Position numbers and translations under genes: made by a program. The notes under the pieces were generated by a model. The model did not search any database. It was not told the origin of the DNA and worked only from the letters and a program-made list of their open reading frames with translations. Positions 8,851-18,418 of a DNA stretch of 44,287 nt are shown here, piece by piece; the stretch's first letter is position 1, and the number at the start of each line of letters is the position of its first letter. Source of the DNA: Solirubrobacteraceae bacterium (GTDB taxonomy: Bacteria > Actinomycetota > Thermoleophilia > Solirubrobacterales > Solirubrobacteraceae); assembly GCA_050696955.1 (NCBI GenBank), contig JBOGYT010000037.1, positions 1-44,287 of the forward strand, written 5' to 3'.

Positions 8851-9702
8851 ATGACCGCGCTGCGGTCGCTGCCCGCCCGGCTCGAGAGCGGTCCGTACGC
8901 CGGCTGGCGGCTGGCGACCATCGGCGTGCTGCTGGTCCTCGCCGCCGCGGCGTGGGCGATCACGGGCGTGCGCATGGCCGGGATGGACGAGGGCCCCGGC
9001 ACCGATCTCGGGACACTCGGCTTCTACCTCACGAGCTGGGTCGTGATGATGGCGGCGATGATGTTCCCGTCAGTGGCCCCGCTCGTCGCCGTCTACGCCG
9101 GGCTGCAGCGCGGCCGCCGCGCGCGGGCGATGCCCGCGCCCGCCGCGGCGACGAGCTTCCTCGTCGCCGGCTATCTCCTGACATGGACGATCGCTGGTCT
9201 CGCCGCCTTCGGCCTGTTCGCGGCGGGCCGCACGCTCGTCGGTGATCAGCTGGCGTGGGACGCCGGCGGGCGCTGGGTGGCCGCAGCCGTGCTGCTTGCC
9301 GCCGCGGCCTACGAGTTCACGCCGCTGAAGCACGCCTGCCTGACGCGCTGCCGCGGCCCGCTGTCGTTCATCCTCGAGGCATGGCGCGACGGCCGGCTCG
9401 GCGCGCTGCGCATGGGGATCAAGCACGGAGCGTGGTGCGTCGGCTGCTGCTGGGCGCTGATGGCGGCACTATTCGCGCTCGGCGTGATGAGCATCGCGTG
9501 GATGGCGGTCGTGGCGCTGCTGATCGCGATCGAGAAGCTCTTGCCGTCGCGGATCGCCGCGACGCGCGCCGTCACCGCCGTGCTGGTCCTACTTGCCGTC
9601 GGCGTCGCGGCCGCGCCCGACCACATGCCCGCGTTCAGCGTGCCGCCGAGCGATGCCTCGGGTGCCGGGATGGGCCCCGGGATGTCGCCGATCGGACGCT
9701 AG
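8851..9702 (+). CDS. DUF2182 family predicted metal-binding integral membrane protein
   Basis: Multi-TM protein with VVMMAAMMFPS, KHACLTRCRGPLSF and HGAWCVGCCWALM motifs. Lies 5 nt after the DUF1326 gene. Confidence 0.8.
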   Translation: MTALRSLPARLESGPYAGWRLATIGVLLVLAAAAWAITGVRMAGMDEGPGTDLGTLGFYLTSWVVMMAAMMFPSVAPLVAVYAGLQRGRRARAMPAPAAATSFLVAGYLLTWTIAGLAAFGLFAAGRTLVGDQLAWDAGGRWVAAAVLLAAAAYEFTPLKHACLTRCRGPLSFILEAWRDGRLGALRMGIKHGAWCVGCCWALMAALFALGVMSIAWMAVVALLIAIEKLLPSRIAATRAVTAVLVLLAVGVAAAPDHMPAFSVPPSDASGAGMGPGMSPIGR

Positions 9703-9736
9703 CGCTCTGCGCGAGGCGCGAGAGCGACGCCCGATC

Positions 9737-10602
9737 CACGCGAGGCTGTCGCGCAAAGAGCGGGGTGTCGGAGTGCCGCTGCGGTTTCGGGCTACGCGGG
9801 AGGGCGAACCTCGGCGCTCGCTGGACTTGGTGTGCTCAGGCGGGTGCGGTGAAGTGTCGGTGGAGCTTGAGCAGATTGTGTGTGCTGGCCATGAGGCGCC
9901 ATTCGGTCCGTGCGGCTGATCTGCCGCGCCGGGCGAAGCGCGTGAATCCGCGGTTGTGCTTGGTGTTGCCGAAGATCGGTTCGATGAGCTGCGCGCGTTG
10001 CTTGTAGAGCGCCCTTCCGTGGTCGGTCGTCGGTCGCGATCGTTTCCTCGACGATCTCCTGCGCGATCTGCTGGTAGTCCAGCGTGCGGTCGGTTGGCGA
10101 TCGCCGCGACCTTCGTGCCGTCGATCGCGATCACGCCGACCGATGCAAGGCCAGCGTCCGCGCACAGCCCCAGCACCTCGCCGAAGAGATCCGCAAGCGC
10201 TGTCTCGTGACGCTCGATGAACCGCGCGACCGTCGCGTGATCGGGCTGCTGCTGGGCGGCGATCACACGGCACGCGACATCCTCGACACACGCCCGCTGC
10301 ATCCGCCGCGAGGAGCGCACGCCCCGCGACCAGCAATACAGCAACAGCGCCACCATCATCGACGGCTCGTATGCCGCGCGACCATGGCCATCATCACGGT
10401 AGGCGGCGTAGAACGCCGACAGATCGATCACCGCGACCGCGTCGAGAACGAACCACGCCAGATGGTCCTCGGGCAGCCACTCACGCACATCGGGCGGCAA
10501 CAGAAACGACTGCTCACGATCACACGCCAAGAAGTTGTGAGCCATACCCGAATCGTCCTAAACCGATCGGATAGCAGGCCGTTTACGCGACAGCCTCACG
10601 CG
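9737..10602 (-). mobile_element. Internally deleted IS1182/IS5-like insertion sequence bounded by imperfect 22-bp terminal inverted repeats
   Basis: CACGCGAGGCTGTCGCGCAAAG (9737-9758) matches the reverse complement of GTTTACGCGACAGCCTCACGCG (10581-10602) at 18/22 positions. These repeats enclose the transposase fragments. Confidence 0.7.
9836..10545 (-). pseudogene. IS1182-family transposase, N-terminal ~155 aa and C-terminal ~60 aa in different frames, central DDE region deleted
   Basis: The N-terminal fragment reads MAHNFLACDREQSFLLPPDVREWLPEDHLAWFV...IAIDGTKVAA (ORF 9589..10545). The C-terminal fragment reads RALYKQRAQLIEPIFGNTKHNRGFTRFARRG...NLLKLHRH (ORF 9836..10336). Confidence 0.75.
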
Positions 10603-10752
10603 AAAGGAGAAGCCCAGAGCTTCGGGACGAGTGTCCCGAGAACGCGTCAGCGACTCCTGCGTCGGCGAGGCTCCCCGTGTCTCATGTCGGCCTCATCGGG
10701 GCCCCGTAGCGTCGCCATTCGTCAAGACGGCTCGAACGACATGGAGGTATCA

Positions 10753-11526
10753 GTGAAGCTTGTCGCCCCCGCATCCCTCGCACTGCTCGCTACGGTGTCG
10801 CTGTTCGTCGGTTCTCAGCTGGTTGAAGGCGCCCCGGCTCGGTCCACTGCCCACTCGCGCGCGACCGTGCCGCTCAAGGACGCCAAGCTCAACATCGAGT
10901 ACAACGCGACGGACCACGACACCGGCTTTCAGGGGTTCGTCGACAGCGAGGGCTGGCGGCGGCTCGACATGCGCGGACCCGCCGGCAAAGTGCTGACGTT
11001 GAAGGGGCGGGGCGCGCTTGGCAAGCTGGGGCTGACCGAGCTTTTCTTTGAGACCGTCGAGCCGCAGACCGCGGACACGCCGATCAAAAGGATGCTCGCG
11101 AAGCTGCCCGCCGGGAACTACCGGATCGCCGGCCCGGCCCAGGAGAACGGCAAGCGCGCAGGCCGGACTGCGGGGACGGCGTGGCTCACGCATGACATCC
11201 CCGCGGGCCCGCGGCTCGTCTCGCCCGCGGAGGGCGCGACGGTGCCGACTCGTGGCGTCGTCGCCGACTGGGAGCCTGTGTCCAAGACGATCACCGGCAA
11301 GCCCGTAAGGATCATCGCGTACCAGCTCATCATCGAGAAGGACGTAAAGCCCCACCGTCACATGATCGGAAAGTTCGGCCTGAGCATGCACCTGCCACCC
11401 TCGGTCACCAGCATCGACGTGCCGGACGGGTTCCTCGAGCCCCGCAGCGCCTACAACTGGGAGGTCCTGGCGATCGAGCGCAGCGGCAACCAGACCCTCT
11501 CGTCCGGCTCGTTCAACACCGGATAG
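10753..11526 (+). CDS. Secreted hypothetical protein (signal peptide, no recognisable family)
   Basis: The GTG at 10753 follows GGAGG by 4 nt. The N-terminus VKLVAPASLALLATVSLFVGSQLVEGAPA is signal-like. Strong GC3 bias. The upstream part of track ORF 10084..11526 is antisense to the transposase. Confidence 0.6.
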   Translation: MKLVAPASLALLATVSLFVGSQLVEGAPARSTAHSRATVPLKDAKLNIEYNATDHDTGFQGFVDSEGWRRLDMRGPAGKVLTLKGRGALGKLGLTELFFETVEPQTADTPIKRMLAKLPAGNYRIAGPAQENGKRAGRTAGTAWLTHDIPAGPRLVSPAEGATVPTRGVVADWEPVSKTITGKPVRIIAYQLIIEKDVKPHRHMIGKFGLSMHLPPSVTSIDVPDGFLEPRSAYNWEVLAIERSGNQTLSSGSFNTG

Positions 11527-11708
11527 TGCCCTCGAGCACTGGGGGCGCTTCCGGGACGGCCCAGTCGCCGGTCGAACGTACCGCACAGCTACGCAATGCG
11601 CGAGGAGGAGCACTCGAGCGGTAGCGCTCGCACGCGGAGGGAGAAGCGGCTGGTGCAATGGCTCGCCGAGGACGCGTCCAGAGGTAGGGCGCGTGCAGCG
11701 TGCGAGCC

Positions 11709-11993
11709 CTATTGCAACGTCAGGTCCGCGTCTTCAAAGGCGCGTGAGCGCATTTCCGTCACGGCGTCGAGCAAACCGCTCGCTCGCAACGCTTCGCCGT
11801 GCTCAGGCTGTGACTGATAGTCGTCGCGCGCCTCAGAGGACTCCCAGAACGTGGCCACGACAACGCCGCTCTCCGTTGGCGCGACCATTCGGGCCAACAC
11901 GACCGGCGTCGGACGGCGAGCTTCAAGGTCCGCTGCCGCGGCGAGCAGCGCGTCGGTCGGACCGTCCATCTCCAGAATGACCAGCACACCCAT
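11709..11993 (-). CDS. Small hypothetical protein, possibly ABM/Dabb-like fold
   Basis: The ATG at 11993 is preceded by GAGGAGG. The 94-aa product starts MGVLVILEMDGPTDALLAAAADLEARRP... The rest of track ORF 11709..12488 looks non-coding. Confidence 0.5.
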   Translation of the reverse strand: MGVLVILEMDGPTDALLAAAADLEARRPTPVVLARMVAPTESGVVVATFWESSEARDDYQSQPEHGEALRASGLLDAVTEMRSRAFEDADLTLQ

Positions 11994-12296
11994 GTGAACC
12001 TCCTCGAGGGTCGACCAGTTGCGGCTGACCGTACCCGCGATGAGACAGCACGAGCAAACATCGGGCACGATCCCCCTGACACACGGATCTCGACGGCGGG
12101 CGGCGACGTCAAAGCTCGATCCGTGTCGCCGCGACGGCATCGCTGATTCGACACTCCGCGAAGTTGCTGCAGCGCCGTTCGAGCGCCCGTCGCGGACAGC
12201 AGCGCTACTCCCCCGGCTCGAAAATCCGTACGCGGCGCCGCGTGTGTAGCCGAAGCGTGGTCGCACGCTGTCGGCCGCGCGCCGCACGGTCGATGT

Positions 12297-12500
12297 GTGG
12301 CAAGGAAGTTTCGAGAGGTTCGGCGAGCCCTGTCGGACGCCTGCTGGACGAAGGTGCGGCAAGCTGGCTCGCACGAGACGTGGCGCAGCCAGGACGGCGC
12401 GAGATCGATCACGGTGGCCGGCTAGGAGTCCGATACCGTTCCCGTCGGGACCCTTGGCGCCATCCGCCGGGCGACAGGACTGGAGCATCTGCGAGGAAGG
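12297..12500 (+). pseudogene. hicA: hicA-like mRNA interferase toxin interrupted by an in-frame TAG (12423-12425)
   Basis: The frame starting at GTG 12297 reads VARKFREVRRALSDACWTKVRQAGSHETWRSQDGARSITVAG*ESDTVPVGTLGAIRRATGLEHL. It carries the GSH motif and the GTL..I...GL C-terminal motif of the HicA family. It is not listed as one ORF in the track because of the stop. Confidence 0.6.
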
Positions 12501-12706
12501 ATTATCTCGTCATCTACGAACGCGCTGAAGACGGTAGCTGGGGCGGGCACAGCCCCGACGTGGAGGGAGTGTTCGCGCTGGCGAAGACGCGCGAGGAGAC
12601 CGAGGTCCGTATGGCCGAGGCTCTGACAGCACACTTGGCGTACCTGCGCGATCAGGGGCAGCCCACGCCCGAGCCGCGCACCGATGCCGGTCGCGTCGCG
12701 GCCTGA
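12500..12706 (+). pseudogene. hicB: HicB-family antitoxin domain lacking a canonical start codon
   Basis: DYLVIYERAEDGSWGGHSPDVEGVFALAKTREETEVRMAEALTAHLAYLRDQGQPTPEP matches the HicB/UPF0150 N-domain. The position where Met is expected holds AAG, and there is no ATG/GTG/TTG nearby in frame. Confidence 0.5.
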
Positions 12707-13205
12707 TCTGACGTCGCCTTCCACGGAGCGAGTACGGCTCCGCCGACGCCGTACCCGCTGAACCTACACCGACGATCGCCGGGACTCGCTGTCCCTCCGC
12801 GCGAGAAGCGAGCGCGGTGACGATCGGCGCAAAACGCACCCGACCTCTGCTGGCGACGCGGCCTGCGGCGCTCGCTGGCACCTGGGCGTGTCCCGCATAG
12901 CCCGCCTCTACCGCGACATGTCACCGAACGAGGCTTGCGCGGGGCATTGGGTGGCACGGGGTCGTGGAGATCACGGTCGGCGCCCAGCTTCGTCACGTTG
13001 TGCGGTTCCGCTCGGCGCATGTCGGGGTTCGCCCTACGCGATGATCTGGGAGCTGAATGCGTGTTCCATGTCGAGAAGCGCTGACCGGCTCCGCTCATCA
13101 GATGAAGGGCCGCGAGCGGCGCGGCCCACAACACCAGGAGACCGCGATGCCGAGGTATCTGCTGCACGACGAGTACACGGCGCAGGAGCTGACCGGAGGC
13201 CGTTC

Positions 13206-13643
13206 ATGACCGTCCAGCGCCTGGAGCACATCGGCATCGTCGTCGACGACCTCGCGGCGGCGACCGCGTTCTTCGCCGCACTCGGGCTCGAATTGGAGGG
13301 CGAGGCGTCCGTCGAGGGCGGCTCGGTGGACCGCATCAACGGGCTCGAGGGCGTGCGCGCGGATATCGTGATCCTGCGGACCCCGGATGGCAACGGCAAG
13401 GTCGAGCTGGCCAAGTACCGCTCGCCCTCGTACGAAGGCGACGACGGGCCGGCGCCGGCCAACGCCCCGGGCATCCGCCACATCCTCTTCGTCGTCGACG
13501 ACATCGAGGCATCCCTGGCCGGCCTGCGAGCGCATGGCGGCGAGCTGGTCGGCGAGCTGGTGAACTACGAGAACAGCTACTGGCTCTGCTACGTGCGCGG
13601 CCCGGCCGGGATCATCGTCGAGCTGGCGGAGAAGATCAGCTGA
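13206..13643 (+). CDS. VOC family protein (glyoxalase/bleomycin-resistance/dioxygenase fold)
   Basis: The ATG at 13206 follows GGAGG. The product reads MTVQRLEHIGIVVDDLAAATAFFAALGLELEGE...IRHILFVVDDIEASLAGLRAHG. Confidence 0.85.
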   Translation: MTVQRLEHIGIVVDDLAAATAFFAALGLELEGEASVEGGSVDRINGLEGVRADIVILRTPDGNGKVELAKYRSPSYEGDDGPAPANAPGIRHILFVVDDIEASLAGLRAHGGELVGELVNYENSYWLCYVRGPAGIIVELAEKIS

Positions 13644-13990
13644 TGGGTGTCCCATTGTTCGGTCAGGAGCACGTCGCCCGATACCGCGAAACCGACGGCG
13701 AGAAGGCCACGACTGGCAGGGCGCGACGGTATTGCTGCTCACCACCACCGGGCGCAACTCGGGTGCCAAGCGGACCACGCCGCTGATCTACCAACGGCAC
13801 GAGACGACTACCTAGTGGTGGCCTGAAACGGCGGCGGCAATCCACCCGGCTGGTTCCTCTACCTTCAAGACGATCCGATCGTGGCCGTGCAGGTCAAGGC
13901 CGATCACCACAGCGACGTCGGCGCCGCTGCACGATCCGCTGAGGAGGGAGTTCGGGGCGGTCAGCCAGCCGGGATGCGTACGACGAGTAC
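13643..13990 (+). pseudogene. Deazaflavin (F420)-dependent nitroreductase family gene (DUF385/Ddn-like) with at least 2 frameshifts and an in-frame TGA
   Basis: Family-typical segments lie in three different frames: MGVPLFGQEHVARYRETDG, then EGHDWQGATVLLLTTTGRNSGAKRTTPLIYQRH, then DDYLVVA*NGGGNPPGWFLYLQDDPIVAVQVKADH (TGA at 13824-13826). Confidence 0.7.
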
Positions 13991-14011
13991 ACGTGATGCC
14001 CGTCGACGGAG

Positions 14012-16111
<2,100 letters not shown>

Positions 16112-16297
16112 GGCTTCTCTTGATCTCTATTCGGTCCCGAGCAACAAAAAACGGGCCCCTCGGGCCCGCGCGTACGTCCGGTGTCTTGCCGGTCCGACGC
16201 GCTATGTGCTCGAGGACTCCATCGTCAGGCGCAACTCCTGCTCCGGAGCGGGCGCTACCAAGCGCATCGGCCAGCGAAGCGGTGTTCGACTATAGCA
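16112..16297 (-). promoter_or_regulatory. fusA promoter plus structured leader (copy B of the leader shared with tuf)
   Basis: On the minus strand there is an extended -10 TGCTATAGT (plus 16289-16297). The conserved core at 16136-16228 contains helix CUCGAGCA/UGCUCGGG, a GC hairpin and CGGGCCC-GAG-GGGCCCG followed by UUUUUUGU. No minus-strand gene lies upstream, so the promoter must be here. Confidence 0.6.
16141..16168 (-). terminator. Intrinsic-terminator-like hairpin inside the fusA leader
   Basis: Minus-strand CGGGCCCGAGGGGCCCG followed by TTTTTTGTTG (plus 16152-16168 stem, 16145-16151 A-run). Confidence 0.55.
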
Positions 16298-16328
16298 AAG
16301 GGCCGGGCCTCTTCCGGCCCGATTTCCC

Positions 16329-16778
16329 ATGACCCACAAGGTGTTTGCGGGGGTCGCCGCACTGGGCGCAGCGCTGCTCGTGGCGGCGGAATTCAGCCCG
16401 GTCTACGAGGTCGTCGTCGGCTCGCTGGCGATCCCGCGCCGCGAGGTCGACGGCGCCGACAACCACTCGTACGCGCTGTTGATCGTCGCCGTCCTCGCGC
16501 TGCCGATGGCGCTCGGCGCGCTACGCGGCGCACGACCCGCAGCGCTCGCGCTCGTCGCGCTTGGAGGGACGGCGCTGTTCGTCGCGCTCGCGCTCGACCT
16601 GCCCGACGCCCGCGCGACCGGCCGGCTGCCTGAATCGGTCGCTTATGAGGACGCGCGGGCGCGAGCCTCCACGGGACTGTACGTCGAGCTTGCGGGCGGC
16701 GGGCTGCTCATCATCGCCGGCGCCGGCCTGCTGGCGCGCCCCTCTTCCACGCGCGCGAACCCGCAGCGCACGCCCTGA
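16329..16778 (+). CDS. Small integral membrane protein (about 4 TM), function unknown
   Basis: 149 aa with hydrophobic segments (AGVAALGAALLVAAEF, ALLIVAVLALPMALGAL, ALALVALGGTALFVALAL, GLLIIAGAGLL). Divergent from fusA. Confidence 0.6.
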   Translation: MTHKVFAGVAALGAALLVAAEFSPVYEVVVGSLAIPRREVDGADNHSYALLIVAVLALPMALGALRGARPAALALVALGGTALFVALALDLPDARATGRLPESVAYEDARARASTGLYVELAGGGLLIIAGAGLLARPSSTRANPQRTP

Positions 16779-17149
16779 GGCGACCTCGAGCCGGTCCCCC
16801 AGCGCCGCCCGCGGTCGCTGAGTACACCTGATTTCTGCGCTGCGGGCGCTCCACGCGCATCAGCCGGTACGACGCGCCCACGGCGCGTTGCAGCTTCCTG
16901 CAACGCCGGCTGCACGACCTCGCCATCCCCGCGTGCAGAAGGCCGCATGCAAGCGCTCCGAAACCGGAACGAGATCTTGTGGCTAGCCCCGATGAAAGAC
17001 ATCCGGCCCTCTGCGACCGTGCTCCTCGTTGAGGTCAGCTGTTTCGACTATGGGGCGCGAATGAGGGATCAAGGGGCCGGCGCACACGATGCCGCCACAA
17101 GTAGTGGCGCGCGCGGACGCAACCACGGAAGGAAGCGAGGGAGCGAGCG

Positions 17150-18418
17150 ATGAAGATTGGAATCGTCGGACTCGGCTACGTCGGGCTGCCGCTGGCGGTC
17201 GCGTTCGCCGAGGCAGGCCACGACATCGTCGGCGTGGACTCCGACAACCGGCGCGCGACCGCGATCGCCGCCGGCTCGAGCCACGTCGAGGACATCAGCG
17301 ACGCGCGGCTGCGCGCCGCGCTCGGCCGCATCGCGACCACGACGCGGATGGCGCGGCTGGCGCGGACCGACGCGATCATCGTCTGCGTCCCGACGCCGCT
17401 GACCGCCAACGGCGTGCCCGACCTCAGCGCGATGATGGACGCGATCACCGGTCTTGCCGGGATCGTCCAGGCCGGTCAGCTCGTCGTGCTCGAGTCGACG
17501 ACCTACCCGGGCACGACGCGCGAGCGCGTCGCCCCGATCCTCGAGGAGGCCGGCCTCGTCGCCGGCCGCGACTTCAACCTCGCGTTCTCGCCCGAGCGCG
17601 TTGACCCGGGCCGCACCGACTTCACGCTGCGGACGACGCCGAAGGTCGTGGGCGGGCTGACGGAGGCGTGCGGGGACCGTGCCGAGGCGCTGTATCGCGA
17701 GGTATGCGACACGATTGTGCGCGTCACGACCCCGGAGTCGGCCGAGCTCACGAAGCTCCTCGAGAACATCTTCCGCTCGGTCAACATCGCGCTCGTCAAC
17801 GAGCTGTGGATGCTCGCCGAGCGCATGGGCATCGACATCCACGAGGTCATCGATGCCGCCGACACGAAGCCGTACGGCTTCATGCGCTTCGACCCGGGGC
17901 CCGGGATGGGCGGCCACTGCCTGCCGGTCGACCCCTTCTACCTGACCTGGAAGGCGCGCGAGTACGGCCTGTCGACCGAGTTCATCGAGCTCGCGGGCAA
18001 GGTCAACCACCGGATGCCGGAGTTCTGCGTCGACAAGATCCAGAGCGCGCTCAACGATCTCGGCAAGCCGGTCCGCGGTGCGCGCGTGCTGATCCTCGGA
18101 GTCGCCTACAAGCCCGGCGTTGCGGACGTTCGCGAATCGCCCGCGCTGCGGATCATCGCCAAGCTCGCCGAGCAGGGGGCCGACGTCGTCTACCACGACC
18201 CGCACGTCGCCGAGCTGCGGGCGCAGGGGCTGCGCCACACGCCGCTGCAGGAGGCGCTTCAGAACTGCGACGTCGCCGTGATCGCGACCGCCCACCCCGG
18301 CGTGCCGCATCACGAGATCGCGGCGACCGTCCCGACCGTGGACCTGCGGGCCGCGCTGCGCAAGAGCCCCGCCCGCGCCGCCGATCCGCGGACGAGCCTC
18401 GAGGCGGTGGACGCATGA
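17150..18418 (+). CDS. Nucleotide-sugar 6-dehydrogenase (UDP-glucose/GDP-mannose dehydrogenase family; looks like the UDP-HexNAc dehydrogenase subgroup)
   Basis: MKIGIVGLGYVGLPLAVAFAEAGHDIVGVD Rossmann N-terminus, 422 aa. A purine-rich SD lies upstream. Confidence 0.88.
   Translation: MKIGIVGLGYVGLPLAVAFAEAGHDIVGVDSDNRRATAIAAGSSHVEDISDARLRAALGRIATTTRMARLARTDAIIVCVPTPLTANGVPDLSAMMDAITGLAGIVQAGQLVVLESTTYPGTTRERVAPILEEAGLVAGRDFNLAFSPERVDPGRTDFTLRTTPKVVGGLTEACGDRAEALYREVCDTIVRVTTPESAELTKLLENIFRSVNIALVNELWMLAERMGIDIHEVIDAADTKPYGFMRFDPGPGMGGHCLPVDPFYLTWKAREYGLSTEFIELAGKVNHRMPEFCVDKIQSALNDLGKPVRGARVLILGVAYKPGVADVRESPALRIIAKLAEQGADVVYHDPHVAELRAQGLRHTPLQEALQNCDVAVIATAHPGVPHHEIAATVPTVDLRAALRKSPARAADPRTSLEAVDA

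Noticed and set aside
11541-11575. A sequence loosely resembling the 17-nt promoter motif (ACTGGGCCGTCCCGGAAG on the minus strand) with a 22-nt gap to TATCCG.
   Set aside because: The motif alignment is poor (18 nt, different phasing). The hexamer is not TAnnnT. It would fire antisense into the end of a convergent gene. Probably chance in GC-rich DNA.
12423-12425. The in-frame TAG in hicA considered as programmed recoding or stop-codon reassignment.
   Set aside because: TAG terminates rpsJ (4595-4597) and fusA (12-14 of 140xx: 14012-14014) at their expected ends, so it is a normal stop here. A nonsense mutation is the simpler reading.
13147-13209. A 20-codon ORF, MPRYLLHDEYTAQELTGGRS, with an SD and a stop overlapping the VOC gene start.
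   Set aside because: It is too short to assess. It may be the N-terminal remnant of a YciI-like gene or a chance ORF. No independent support.
16643-17002. Minus-strand 119-aa ORF in the gap between the membrane-protein gene and the dehydrogenase gene.
   Set aside because: It overlaps the 3' end of the plus-strand membrane gene. It has an R/G/A-rich composition, no start context and no family resemblance.
17061-17153. A 30-codon uORF (MRDQGAGAHD...) whose TGA overlaps the ATG of the dehydrogenase gene.
   Set aside because: Third-position G/C content is low compared with real genes. The candidate -10 (GACTAT/TATGGG) is poorly placed. The dehydrogenase has its own strong purine-rich SD, so coupling is unnecessary.
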